Positions 8,732-18,393 of a DNA stretch of 30,437 nucleotides are shown here, piece by piece. The stretch spans positions 1 through 30,437 of the forward strand of contig JBBRXO010000020.1 of assembly GCA_038248345.1 (NCBI GenBank), written 5' to 3'. The DNA comes from Armatimonadota bacterium (lineage in GTDB: Bacteria > Armatimonadota > Hebobacteria > CAIYQO01). The position numbers were made by a program, and so were the translations under genes. Every line of letters starts with the position of its first letter. The stretch's first letter is position 1. Under the pieces are notes generated by a model. The model was given only the letters and a program-made list of their open reading frames with translations. It had not been told where the DNA came from and did no database searches.

Positions 8732-9645
8732 ATACCTTCCTGCTTAACAATGACCTGATGACGCTTCTTTTCCGCGGGGCATTACTATACTTCGTTTTTC
8801 GATGGTTGCTGGACGGGAATGTCGCGCTGCCTGGGAGGGCACCTTTCAAAAACCTGTTCCTACAAGACCTTAAGAGTTACGATAAAAGTATATCTGTCAC
8901 TCACGAAGATAGCGACAGCATTGAAATACTGGTTGACAAACAGCCTCTACGCATCTTTCTAGGGCATATCTTTCGCAGCAGCATGTCCTTCCCGATGATT
9001 GCCGGCTCAGCAATCAGTGATGCCATTGCAGCGCTCTTGCGCTGTCAGGCCAATTACTCCGCTACCCTCCCAGCAGACTGGCAGCGTCAGTTGATGCCAT
9101 TGTTATATGATGGAGCAGATGAGTCACTAGACTTGGTGACACACCAGATAGCGCCTGACCTATTTGCCACCTTTGTCATCAATACTGCAGATACCATACG
9201 CTGGTTGACTCGTGCAGAAATTAATGCAACGGGATTGAACACAGAAGAATTGTACCTTTTAGCGATAAAAAATCTGGAACGCAGTTGCAATATGCTGGAA
9301 ATGGAATCGATTACCTTCGTCGCTGAAAATGAAGATCAACAAGTTGCAGAAAATGAAAATTCAGAGTCGCTGGTACGCTTCACTACTCATGATGGATTCG
9401 ACGCTACGCGCGTTCTCATTCCGTCTTTTTTTACGCGCTTCAGCAACCGTTTTGGCGATAGTGAATTGCTGGTGGGGATTCCTGCTCGTGATGAGTTGAT
9501 AATTATGGCTTTTACCGATGATGCACAGGCAAATGTGCTGGCTGAACGTACGCAACAGGAATATGAGCGTGCACCCTACCCACTTTACGGAGGCTTACTG
9601 CTGGTGACTGAAAATGGGATTAGCGCCTGGCCACCTGCTGTCTGA
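8728..9645 (+). CDS. DUF1444/YtpQ-like protein with an N-terminal hydrophobic segment
   Basis: LYLLAIKNL, HDGFDATRVL and LVGIPARDELII resemble DUF1444 motifs (A..NL, DGYDASRIL, VAVP.QD.L). The start overlaps the end of trpA. Confidence 0.55.
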   Translation: MNTFLLNNDLMTLLFRGALLYFVFRWLLDGNVALPGRAPFKNLFLQDLKSYDKSISVTHEDSDSIEILVDKQPLRIFLGHIFRSSMSFPMIAGSAISDAIAALLRCQANYSATLPADWQRQLMPLLYDGADESLDLVTHQIAPDLFATFVINTADTIRWLTRAEINATGLNTEELYLLAIKNLERSCNMLEMESITFVAENEDQQVAENENSESLVRFTTHDGFDATRVLIPSFFTRFSNRFGDSELLVGIPARDELIIMAFTDDAQANVLAERTQQEYERAPYPLYGGLLLVTENGISAWPPAV

Positions 9646-9782
9646 TGCATGAAATCATATGTTCCTGGGGATCAGCTACAATGGCACATAACGACAGCCT
9701 ACGATTCATTCAATAAATATCCCCGCATATTGCAGGAATCTCCTTCCCGTGAATAGAATAAATAACATTCAAGGAGGCAACT

Positions 9783-10337
9783 ATGGAAGATCAATTGAAA
9801 CAAATTGCCTTGCGCATTCGCGATCTACGCGAAATTGTGGGCATTTCTTCAGAAACGCTGGCTGATGAATTGGGATTGTCGATGGAGACCTATCGCAATT
9901 ATGAGGCCGGGGAGACGGATATCTCCGTGAGCGTTCTCTACCAGATTGCCAACCGCTTTAATGTGGAGCTGTCTGCCATTCTTACCGGAGATAATCCACG
10001 CCTGCATACCTATGCCCTAGCGAGAAAGGGTAAGGGTATTTCAGTACAACGCCGCCAAGAGTACCAGTACCAAAGCTTGGCCTTTAATTTTGCCCAGAAG
10101 AAAGCGGAGCCGTTCCTGGTAACGGTACCCCCGGAGACGGAAAACTCTCCCTTCGCACTGAATAGCCATCCGGGACAAGAGTTCAACTACGTCATCAGCG
10201 GTACCTTGAAGATATTCATTGATGGGCATGAGATAGAGCTTCATGAAGGCGATTCTATTTACTTTGATAGCACTGTCGACCATGGCATGAAAGCGCTGAA
10301 CGATAAATCCGCCCAATTCCTGGCCATCATCTTATAG
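9783..10337 (+). CDS. XRE-family HTH regulator with a C-terminal cupin domain
   Basis: HTH RIRDLREI.GIS.E.LA..LG......YE.GE.DI; cupin HPGQEFNYVISG..L.EGDSIYFDS..DHG. AAGGAGG RBS. Confidence 0.93.
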   Translation: MEDQLKQIALRIRDLREIVGISSETLADELGLSMETYRNYEAGETDISVSVLYQIANRFNVELSAILTGDNPRLHTYALARKGKGISVQRRQEYQYQSLAFNFAQKKAEPFLVTVPPETENSPFALNSHPGQEFNYVISGTLKIFIDGHEIELHEGDSIYFDSTVDHGMKALNDKSAQFLAIIL

Positions 10338-10378
10338 GATCGTCCCGCGTCTACCGCGGTGTGTTTTGAGGGATATCA

Positions 10379-12040
10379 ATGTTTGAGAAATACGTTAATC
10401 GTACAACTTTCGCCAGTTATGAAGATTTTAAAGATAATTTTGTCATCAACGTGCCGGAGAACTTCAACTTCGCCTTTGATGTTGTGGATGAAATTGCCGC
10501 TGATGAGCCTGACCGGACTGCATTAGTATGGTGTAATGAGGCAGATGAAGAGAAGATATTCTCTTTTGCTGATTTATCTCGCGCCAGCAACCGTGCGGCA
10601 AATTACCTGCGTGAGTTAGGTATCTGCAAGGGTGACGCTGTGATGCTCATCCTTAAGCGCCGTTACGAATTCTGGATCACCTTCCTGGCACTGCATAAGT
10701 TGGGTGCCATTGCTATCCCGGCGACGCATCTGCTGACGAAAAAGGATATTACCTACCGATGTAATGCCGCCGATATCAAGATGATCATCTCGGTGGATGA
10801 CGAACGCGTGATAGACGCAGTTGAGAATGCCGAGCCGGACTGCCCGACATTACAGCGCAAGATTATGCTCAATACCGATCGCAATGGTTGGCTGGCGCTG
10901 GATTCTGTGCTGGATAATTATAGTGATGTTTTTACCCGTCCACCTGGTACTGATGGTACAAGTAATGATGACATCATGCTGCTCTACTTCACAAGCGGAA
11001 CTACCGGACTGCCCAAAATGGTACAGCATGACTATACCTACCCATTAGGACATATTATTACCGCTGGCTACTGGCAATGTGTGCAGCCGGGCGGACTGCA
11101 TCTCACGGTGGCAGAGACCGGCTGGGCAAAGGCTGTGTGGGGTAAAATTTATGGCCAGTGGCTATGCAAATCGGCTGTATTCGTCTACGATTTCGACAGA
11201 TTTGAACCACAAAAATTGATGCAAAAGGTTGAGAAATATAAACTTACGACGTTCTGCGCTCCGCCCACTATCTTTCGCTTTCTCATCAAAGAGGATCTGA
11301 CTAAGTATGACTTGAGCAGTTTGAAATACTGTGTTGTGGCGGGTGAGCCGATGAACCCGGAAATATATAATGCTTTCCTGAAAGCCACCGGCATCCGCAT
11401 CATGGAGGGCTTCGGCCAGACCGAGACGGTGGTAGCCGTGGCAACCTACCCGTGGTTGGAGCCCAAACCGGGGAGCATGGGCAAACCGTCGCCGCTCTAT
11501 GATATTGACCTGCTCAATGACAAGGGCGAATCCTGCGAGGTCGGTGAAGAAGGGCAGATCGTCATCCACACTGCTTCCGGTAAACCGGTAGGCATGTTCA
11601 ATGGCTATATGCGCGACGATGAGCTGACTACCAGCGTCTGGCATGATGGCATCTACTACACCGGCGACATGGCCTGGCGCGACGAGGATGGCTATTACTG
11701 GTTTGTGGGCCGTGCTGATGACCTCATCAAAACCAGTGGCTACCGCGTCGGCCCCTTTGAGGTAGAAAGCGCGCTATTGGAGCACCCTGCTGTGATGGAG
11801 TGTGCCATCACCGGTTCTCCTGACCCCGTGCGGGGCCAGGTAATCAAGGCCACCATAGTACTAACCAAAGGCCATACGGCAGGCCCCGAGATGGTGCATG
11901 AATTGCAGGAGCATGTGAAGAAGGTAACTGCGCCCTACAAGTACCCGCGCATTATCGAGTTCGTCACCGAACTCCCTAAAACCATCAGCGGCAAAATCCG
12001 CCGTGTACAGATTCGCGAAAGCGACAATGAGATACAATAG
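10379..12040 (+). CDS. AMP-forming acyl-CoA synthetase (medium-chain/acetyl-CoA synthetase-like)
   Basis: [60 protein letters not shown]. Confidence 0.95.
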   Translation: MFEKYVNRTTFASYEDFKDNFVINVPENFNFAFDVVDEIAADEPDRTALVWCNEADEEKIFSFADLSRASNRAANYLRELGICKGDAVMLILKRRYEFWITFLALHKLGAIAIPATHLLTKKDITYRCNAADIKMIISVDDERVIDAVENAEPDCPTLQRKIMLNTDRNGWLALDSVLDNYSDVFTRPPGTDGTSNDDIMLLYFTSGTTGLPKMVQHDYTYPLGHIITAGYWQCVQPGGLHLTVAETGWAKAVWGKIYGQWLCKSAVFVYDFDRFEPQKLMQKVEKYKLTTFCAPPTIFRFLIKEDLTKYDLSSLKYCVVAGEPMNPEIYNAFLKATGIRIMEGFGQTETVVAVATYPWLEPKPGSMGKPSPLYDIDLLNDKGESCEVGEEGQIVIHTASGKPVGMFNGYMRDDELTTSVWHDGIYYTGDMAWRDEDGYYWFVGRADDLIKTSGYRVGPFEVESALLEHPAVMECAITGSPDPVRGQVIKATIVLTKGHTAGPEMVHELQEHVKKVTAPYKYPRIIEFVTELPKTISGKIRRVQIRESDNEIQ

Positions 12041-12044
12041 AAGA

Positions 12045-12078
12045 ATTTCTCCCCAGGCTGCAATACCCGGGGAGAAAT
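12045..12078. terminator. Probable bidirectional terminator between convergent genes
   Basis: Stem ATTTCTCCCC / GGGGAGAAAT lying between the stops at 12040 (+) and 12085 (-). Confidence 0.7.
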
Positions 12079-12084
12079 CGTAGG

Positions 12085-13692
12085 CTATTTCTCTATCGGC
12101 GCTAACTCCACCACAGTGACCTTGGTCATGACATCACCTACTTCGGTCTTCTTCGCAATATCAAGCCCGGTGTTGACTTTGCCGAAAATTGCATACATGC
12201 CGTCCAAGGCTGGTATCGGGCACGTGCAGATGTAGAATTGGCAAGAAGCGGAATCTGGTAGCTGCGTGCGTGCCATGCCAATTGCGCCCTCCCAATGCTT
12301 CAGTTTCGGGCTAATCTCCAGCTTTACCTTATCAGGAGAATCACCCATACCATTGCCTTGGGGATCACCACCCTGGATTAGTTGGAACCCTGCCATGGTC
12401 TCAACGCGATGGAAGGTTAACCCATCATAGAAGCCTTGCTTGACCAGCTTGACGAAGTTCGTCACCGTTTTGGGTGCCTCATTGCCATAAAGGTCAACTA
12501 CGATGTCACCTTTGGCGGTGGTTATAGTCACCTGGTGGGTTACTTCCAGATCCGCCTTTACGGGTTTGGGGACTTCAGGAGGAATCACTTTAGGTACTTC
12601 AGGCACTGTAGTCACCGGAGTGTAAGCTTTGAAGGAATATTTTACGGTATTCTGTGATTTATCGTGCTCATAGGTGCCGTCCATCTGCTTGGTAAGCGCT
12701 GACAACGGCACATACATCAGTTGCTCGCCCTTCTTCTGTGGATCAGCTATCAGGAAGGCTTTGCCTTCCATTTTTATGTCAGCAGCATCTACCTTCATGA
12801 TGTCGCTATCCGAAGTGAAAGTATAGTTGACACCGCCACGTTGCATCAATTCTGCATTGGTTTTGGCATTCCAATTAAGAATGACGCCATTCATATGATT
12901 GGCAATATCATCGAGTTTGATGTAAATCATGCCATTTTTTTGTAGTGCATTCGGCACTAATTTTACCTCCGACTTGCCGGGATTTGTCACTAGTGATTGG
13001 GCAATCATTGGTGATTCAGCGACAAAAACTGTTTCCGGCATTGCAGGGCTAATCATTATCGATATATCATCCTTGGGTTTCCAGTCCGACCATTTTTTAT
13101 AGTATCTGTTCGCGGCGTGCTTCATTTCTGTCCCCGGAGTAATTGCCCAGGTCCCCGGCGCTTTTACTGTTAGCAGCAACTCACTGCTAGAAACTGTCCC
13201 AGACCATTTTCCATCGGTGAAATGATAGTTAATGCACTCTTGGTTCTTCGAAGATATATATTTCGTTGTAAATTTCACGACTACATTGCGCGTTTGTTTA
13301 CCCAGGAAGTTTACATTTTTGACCCAGAATTTTGTCGCACCAGTCTTTTCACCGACTTCCAGTAATGCTTTCACGGGTTCTTCACCGATTGACATTTTGA
13401 AGTCGCTAAAGCTGGCTGCGGCTTTCCCTTTCTCTTCGCCTCGCAGCATTTCTGGGTATCCCATCTTCACCAGTGTCTCTTTATCCGAGTCATTGACGAA
13501 TTTGTAGGTTAATTCTACCGAGTAATTATCTTTATTGGCCTCGATATTAACCCACTCTCTCTCCAGGCGAATGCTTTTAGCGCCTGCCTCGCTAATACGC
13601 GTCATTGTCCCACCTTCGCTTACTGCGAGTGCAGATAGCATGGTGCATACGACAATGAGTAATAGCACACAAAACGACATAGATCTCTTCAT
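12085..13692 (-). CDS. Secreted multidomain protein with a C-terminal cyclophilin-type peptidyl-prolyl isomerase
   Basis: Signal peptide MKRSMSFCVLLLIVVCTMLSALA; DUF4424-like region; stalk-like region ending MYVPLSAL....GT; PEVPK linker; cyclophilin APKTVTNF..GFYDGLTFHRV..IQGGDP..MAR..QFYI..LDGMYAIFGKV. AAGGAG RBS. Confidence 0.85.
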   Translation of the reverse strand: MKRSMSFCVLLLIVVCTMLSALAVSEGGTMTRISEAGAKSIRLEREWVNIEANKDNYSVELTYKFVNDSDKETLVKMGYPEMLRGEEKGKAAASFSDFKMSIGEEPVKALLEVGEKTGATKFWVKNVNFLGKQTRNVVVKFTTKYISSKNQECINYHFTDGKWSGTVSSSELLLTVKAPGTWAITPGTEMKHAANRYYKKWSDWKPKDDISIMISPAMPETVFVAESPMIAQSLVTNPGKSEVKLVPNALQKNGMIYIKLDDIANHMNGVILNWNAKTNAELMQRGGVNYTFTSDSDIMKVDAADIKMEGKAFLIADPQKKGEQLMYVPLSALTKQMDGTYEHDKSQNTVKYSFKAYTPVTTVPEVPKVIPPEVPKPVKADLEVTHQVTITTAKGDIVVDLYGNEAPKTVTNFVKLVKQGFYDGLTFHRVETMAGFQLIQGGDPQGNGMGDSPDKVKLEISPKLKHWEGAIGMARTQLPDSASCQFYICTCPIPALDGMYAIFGKVNTGLDIAKKTEVGDVMTKVTVVELAPIEK

Positions 13693-13717
13693 TTTCGAAT
13701 CTCCTTTAGATTTTTTA

Positions 13718-14836
13718 TCAGCATAGTTCTCTATACAGATCAGTAAGTAATATCCGCTGGTTGGCGATATTGAAATTTTCTATCACCGACTCGCGAGCCG
13801 CCGTCCCCAGTTGGGTGCGCTTTTTGGGGTGCGCCAGCAGATCCTTCAGAGCAGCAGTTAACTCATCAACCTCTGCTGGCACTAATATCCCTGTCTTTGC
13901 ATCGGTAATAAGGTCACGTACCCCGCCTTCGTCCACCGCAACCACGGCTTTGCCACAGGACATCGCTTCCAATAGGGCCCTACCAAAAGGCTCGCGTTTA
14001 GAAGTGAGAGTTAGAATATCTAATGCAGAGATAAAAGGAACTACGTCTACCTGCCACGGTAGCCAGGTCACCCGCCCCGCTAATGGTGAGATAGCGATGC
14101 GCGCTTGTAGGTGATTGACATAATCAGGTCGGTGACCGAAGTCGGCCCCGCATAGTACTGCGTGCCATTTTTTATCCAGCATCTGCTCCAGTGCGTCAAG
14201 GAAAAGGTCGTGCCGTTTCCAGGGGACAAACTGGGCAATTAGACCGATCAGCGGCACATCAGTCGGTAACCCCATCTTAGTACGAATCTCAGCGTTGTCA
14301 TCACAAGGTATGAAATGATCAGTATCAACGGCAGGTGGCAACACACGCATCTTCTCTCCGTCATCCAGGGAATAACCCAATAAATCCTCGCGTACGGCGG
14401 AGGAGATGACGGCTACGCGAGTGGCACGCTGATAGAGTAAGCGCCCATATTGACCTATGGGCGATAGATCACGTACCTGCCAGATCACCGGACATGATGC
14501 GCGCGTTGTGTAGGCCATAGCCGAGGTGGTGTTGGCATGAACTATGTCGGGGTTGATCTCCTGCAGCAACGCATCCATCGCATTACGCGCTACCCGCACA
14601 GTATGCACCAGCTCCCACCCTGCTCGAAGAGTGCGGGGACGTAGTAGCGGGGCCAATGGCGCATAGAGGGTACGAACACCCCGCGCCCGCACCTCCGCGA
14701 GGAGATCTCCGGCAGGCGCCGCCACTACTGGGGTGAACTCCGCTTGATCCAGAGCATCCAGCATGGTCAGCAGACTTCGCTCAGCGCCGCTGATCGCTCC
14801 TGATGCACTAACATAGAGAATTGTATGCTTTTTCAC
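13718..14836 (-). CDS. Glycosyltransferase family 4
   Basis: SGAERSL; PDIVHANT; WKRH; EPFGRALLEAMSCGKAVV (E-x7-E); TGILV. Confidence 0.92.
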   Translation of the reverse strand: MKKHTILYVSASGAISGAERSLLTMLDALDQAEFTPVVAAPAGDLLAEVRARGVRTLYAPLAPLLRPRTLRAGWELVHTVRVARNAMDALLQEINPDIVHANTTSAMAYTTRASCPVIWQVRDLSPIGQYGRLLYQRATRVAVISSAVREDLLGYSLDDGEKMRVLPPAVDTDHFIPCDDNAEIRTKMGLPTDVPLIGLIAQFVPWKRHDLFLDALEQMLDKKWHAVLCGADFGHRPDYVNHLQARIAISPLAGRVTWLPWQVDVVPFISALDILTLTSKREPFGRALLEAMSCGKAVVAVDEGGVRDLITDAKTGILVPAEVDELTAALKDLLAHPKKRTQLGTAARESVIENFNIANQRILLTDLYRELC

Positions 14837-15694
14837 TTACATCGGCCTTTCTGCCAGCACATGCCGGTCAATCCCCGCGTAATCTACGATGGTATGTATA
14901 TTATTCCACTTCAGCCTTGCTAATTCCTGCGTGACTTTTTCCGCTTGCCCTTCGCCCAATTCCAACCCCAGCAACCCACCGGGCAACAGGTGCGCTGGGG
15001 TGTCCTTAATCAAGCGCCATACGAGCGCTAAGCCGCCATCCGCCGCGCGTAACGCCGTCGCTGGTTCATAGTCCCGCACTTCGGGCATTAACTCCAGGTA
15101 TTCTTCTTCAGCGATGTAGGGCAGGTTGGCAATTATGGCTGCTACCGGATTTGACACCGGTTGCAGCAAATCGCCGCATAAAAATGTTATTCTTTGTGCT
15201 ACATTGTGCCTATCCGCGTTTCGCTGCGCCACTTGCAATGACTCTGGCGAGATGTCTACCGCAATAATCTGCAGTGAAAGCTCCTCTGCCGCCAGCGTTA
15301 CAGCAATAGCGCCACTACCTGTGCCGACATCCACGATGGTTTGTTGCTGGTGTACTGGTTGCTGATGTAGCCATTTCAGTGCTTCCTCTACCAGCAGTTC
15401 AGTTTCTGGACGGGGGATGAGAACAGCGGAATTAACGTGGAAGGGGCGGGCGTAGAATTCCCATTCTCCCAGCAGATACGCCAGTGGCTCACGGGCGGCA
15501 CGGCGGGTGGAAAGAGTGTCAAATTTCTCCTGTAATATGGCAGGCATGGTGTCGTCGAGGTGCGCCCATAGCCAGGCCCGGTTTTTCCCAAGTACATGCG
15601 CAAGCAAAAGCGCAGCATCCAAGCGTGGCGTGTCGACGTCAGCGGCACGAAAGAGGGATATCTTCTCGCTGAGTAAATCGCGAAAATTGCTCAC
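14837..15694 (-). CDS. prmC: Release factor glutamine methyltransferase (HemK)
   Basis: RRAAREPLAYLLG..EFY; VLIPRPETE.LVE; DVGTGSGAI; ANLPYI; EP..AL...DGGL. Confidence 0.95.
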   Translation of the reverse strand: MSNFRDLLSEKISLFRAADVDTPRLDAALLLAHVLGKNRAWLWAHLDDTMPAILQEKFDTLSTRRAAREPLAYLLGEWEFYARPFHVNSAVLIPRPETELLVEEALKWLHQQPVHQQQTIVDVGTGSGAIAVTLAAEELSLQIIAVDISPESLQVAQRNADRHNVAQRITFLCGDLLQPVSNPVAAIIANLPYIAEEEYLELMPEVRDYEPATALRAADGGLALVWRLIKDTPAHLLPGGLLGLELGEGQAEKVTQELARLKWNNIHTIVDYAGIDRHVLAERPM

Positions 15695-16971
15695 TCTCGT
15701 TCCTCCAGCAACTGCTGTATCTGTTCTTCAGTGACAGGGCCAGTGGCGGCGAAAGTCCATGAATTAAGATTTAGTAGTTCATTCAGCACTGACCTGACTT
15801 CCGCTTCCGTTACAGATGCTATACGGGTAATGATCTCTTGCAATGGGCGCACGTAGCCCCAGGTGAGCTGATGCTGCGCCATACGACGCATATGCTCGGC
15901 AGTGGTCTCCAACGAGAGCGCCAACCCAACTTTGATCTGCTCTTTGGCGCGGGTGAATTCAGCCGGAGTCAAGCTGTGCAGGCGCATCTTCTCAATTTCA
16001 GCCCGCACCAGTCTGATCACTTGTGGGAAATTATCAGCGCTGCAGGCACCACTCATTGCCAGGAAGCCAGTGTCGCGAAAACCGCCTGTGTAGGAGCTTA
16101 TGTCGTAGGCGAGGCCGCGCTTCTCGCGGATCTCCTGGAACAGGCGAGAAGTGGCGCTACCGCCCAACACGGTGTCGATGATGGCCAACGCGAAGTTGCG
16201 CTCATCACTCACTGCCCAGCTACGCCCGCCCCAGAGGAAGTTGATCTGCTCATTCTCGTCCTCGTCGACGGTCACTTTATCCTGTGTACCCAGTGCGTAT
16301 TCCGGGCGGGCTACAGCGATAGTAGGCAGATCAGCAAAATGCTGTTCGGCAAGTGCCACCAGCTCAGCGTGATCCACTTTCCCGGCAGCGGTGATGATAA
16401 CTCGCGAGGCGGTGAAGTGCTGGCGTTGGCATTCGATTAGCATCTCCCGGGTAATACCGTGCACACTGGCTGTGTCGCCGAGAATGGCGTGTCCAAGTGC
16501 CCCACCCTGCCACAGCGACGCCATGAAGGTATCCTGAATGCTCTCTTCGGGCATCGCCTCGTACTTTAGAATCTCTTCGGTGATGACCTGGCGTTCACGT
16601 TCCAGCTCCTCGGGGGGGAAAGCACTATGGCAAACCATATCGGCGATCAGCTCCAGCGCCAGCGGAAGATGTTCGGCCAGTGTGCGTGCGTAAATATGGG
16701 TGCTGTCTCGCTCGGTGTAGGCATTCAGTTCACCGCCCACCGTCTCGATCATATCCGCCATCTGAAAGGCAGACCGCGTGGCTGTGCCTTTGAAAAACAT
16801 GTGCTCAAGGAAGTGCGCCAAACCGAACTCCGCAGGGTTTGTTTCCTCAGCAGAGCCAGCGTCAGTCCACACCCCCACGGTGACGGATTCCACCCCGGGA
16901 AGCGTCTCGGAGAGCACCAGTGCGCCATTAGTCAGGCGAGTGGTTGTGATATCAGCGGTATATTGATGCAT
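15691..16971 (-). CDS. M16 family zinc peptidase
   Basis: GLAHFLEHMFFKGT (HxxEH); GGELNAYT; SRLFQEIREKRGLAY. Homology starts near ATG 16971; the ORF extension to 17169 overlaps an opposite-strand gene. Confidence 0.93.
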   Translation of the reverse strand: MHQYTADITTTRLTNGALVLSETLPGVESVTVGVWTDAGSAEETNPAEFGLAHFLEHMFFKGTATRSAFQMADMIETVGGELNAYTERDSTHIYARTLAEHLPLALELIADMVCHSAFPPEELERERQVITEEILKYEAMPEESIQDTFMASLWQGGALGHAILGDTASVHGITREMLIECQRQHFTASRVIITAAGKVDHAELVALAEQHFADLPTIAVARPEYALGTQDKVTVDEDENEQINFLWGGRSWAVSDERNFALAIIDTVLGGSATSRLFQEIREKRGLAYDISSYTGGFRDTGFLAMSGACSADNFPQVIRLVRAEIEKMRLHSLTPAEFTRAKEQIKVGLALSLETTAEHMRRMAQHQLTWGYVRPLQEIITRIASVTEAEVRSVLNELLNLNSWTFAATGPVTEEQIQQLLEERE

Positions 16972-17077
16972 ATAGGATAAATTTACATGGATTTGCGGGA
17001 AAAGACAAGATAAGACCATAGCGTTCCTGCAGGTTATCCATAATACCATGCAGAAGAATACGGTATTGAGGTGGAGT

Positions 17078-17410
17078 ATGATAACTATTGATGATGGGGT
17101 ACTGGTATTGACGCGGGAAGTGGATGGGGAAGATATATTACCGCTGAACCATCCGGGGAAGAATGGCAAGGGTAGCGGCTGGTTTATTGATATTGGTACC
17201 GATGACCTGGAGGTTAAGAACTTCCTGATTGATGCAGAGATATTGGAAGACGTAATTCAATTCCGTTATATCACCGTAAATGGGGTGGAATTCGCTGCAG
17301 GGGCGGATATTCAGGAGTTGATCTGTGGCGACGAAGGCACGATGTGCCGCCTGCACGGCAAGGGGAAGGCCCCCGTGGTATTCCTCGCTGATGAACCAAA
17401 GATGATTTAG
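17078..17410 (+). CDS. Hypothetical acidic protein (~110 aa)
   Basis: Fills the gap between the M16 gene and the oxidoreductase stop. GAGGTGGAG precedes ATG 17078 (alternative start 17048). Composition is globular-like; no family recognised. Confidence 0.65.
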   Translation: MITIDDGVLVLTREVDGEDILPLNHPGKNGKGSGWFIDIGTDDLEVKNFLIDAEILEDVIQFRYITVNGVEFAAGADIQELICGDEGTMCRLHGKGKAPVVFLADEPKMI

Positions 17411-18378
17411 CTAATGGTAACCGTAGCGCCAGTCTGGGCCGCCTGGTGCGCGGCGAAGGTGGTGCGGAGGGCAGCCAGTTCATCGGCGAATGAGGTGGGC
17501 ATGGGGGTGCCATCGAGCAGGTAGTTGACGTAGTGTTCCAGATGATCTGTTGAGATAGTAGCGGGGGGAAGTTCGCGCACACCATTGCCAAGCTGATAAA
17601 AGTTACTACGCACGAAGCCATCTACGGATTCGGCCATCCCACGTGTGCCAGTGACGCGGATGTGGTCATTACCCCAGGAGCCGAATTCAGGCGGGTTGAG
17701 GTAATTGAGGTTGATGCTGGCAATAGCGCCGTTATCTAATCGGGCGGAATAGGCCGCCGCCATTTGGATATCCCCCACCCCCGGATTACCGATACTGGTA
17801 GCGGCGCCGCAGATTTCTATAAAGCGTAGGCCAGTGGCGGCGATGATGAAACGGATGGCATGGATGCCCACCCAGCGTGTAAGGCCGCCGTCGGTATCCA
17901 TATCCTGCGGGCGGGCAGCGTACCACGGGTAGGACTTCTGTGCTTGTACGTGGACGACAGTGCCCAACTCCCCCGCGTCCACCAGTTGTCTGATCCCCTG
18001 TAGTTGCGGGGCGAGTGAAGCTCCGTTCATCTCGCGGAATGATTTACCCGTCTGCTGCATTGTCGCCAGAATCTCCGTTAACTCGTCCTCGTTAAATGCC
18101 CCCGGCTTCTCCGCCAGCACGTTCTTGCCAGCACGCAGGCAGCGTATCGCGTCCTGCGCCTGCTCGCTACGGCGTGGGGAACAAAGGGAGACCAGTTCAA
18201 CGCGATCGTCCAGCAATAGTGTATCTAGATCGGGATATACCGTCACATCCAGCCCAGCAACTATTTCCGCCGGTAATCCAGCGATAGCCACCACAGATGC
18301 ACGGACATTTGAAGGAAGAGTGAGTGGATATTGGTGCCCATTGGAGCCGTAAAGGCCAATGTGGAGGATGTATGACAT
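17407..18378 (-). CDS. Gfo/Idh/MocA family oxidoreductase
   Basis: IGLYG..GH; DLDTLL.D..VELV; LRAGKNVLAEKP; GELG.V; GGL...GIH; GTRG. Confidence 0.88.
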   Translation of the reverse strand: MSYILHIGLYGSNGHQYPLTLPSNVRASVVAIAGLPAEIVAGLDVTVYPDLDTLLLDDRVELVSLCSPRRSEQAQDAIRCLRAGKNVLAEKPGAFNEDELTEILATMQQTGKSFREMNGASLAPQLQGIRQLVDAGELGTVVHVQAQKSYPWYAARPQDMDTDGGLTRWVGIHAIRFIIAATGLRFIEICGAATSIGNPGVGDIQMAAAYSARLDNGAIASINLNYLNPPEFGSWGNDHIRVTGTRGMAESVDGFVRSNFYQLGNGVRELPPATISTDHLEHYVNYLLDGTPMPTSFADELAALRTTFAAHQAAQTGATVTIS

Positions 18379-18393
18379 AATGTACTACACCTT

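Noticed and set aside
9662..9738. Long-range pairing TTCCTG/GGGGAT with ATCCCC/CAGGAA upstream of the XRE regulator
   Set aside because: The arms are short, there is a large bulge, and the region overlaps a likely promoter (TTGCAG-18-TAGAAT). It cannot be told from chance.
9783..12040. XRE-cupin plus acyl-CoA synthetase pair as a novel system
   Set aside because: This pairing is familiar from many anaerobic bacteria and methanogens.
16972..17047. oriC suggested by TTATCCATA (17034-17042) and a local skew change
   Set aside because: It has only one near-consensus DnaA box, the region is short, no dnaA/dnaN is nearby, and the skew reverts within about 1 kb. The same applies to TTATCCCCA at 3214.
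16972..17169. N-terminal extensions in the ORF track (M16; likewise corrinoid 749, GT4 6521, trpA 7871, secA 27999)
   Set aside because: These are longest-ORF artefacts. Homology boundaries and, in most cases, RBS positions support the downstream starts.
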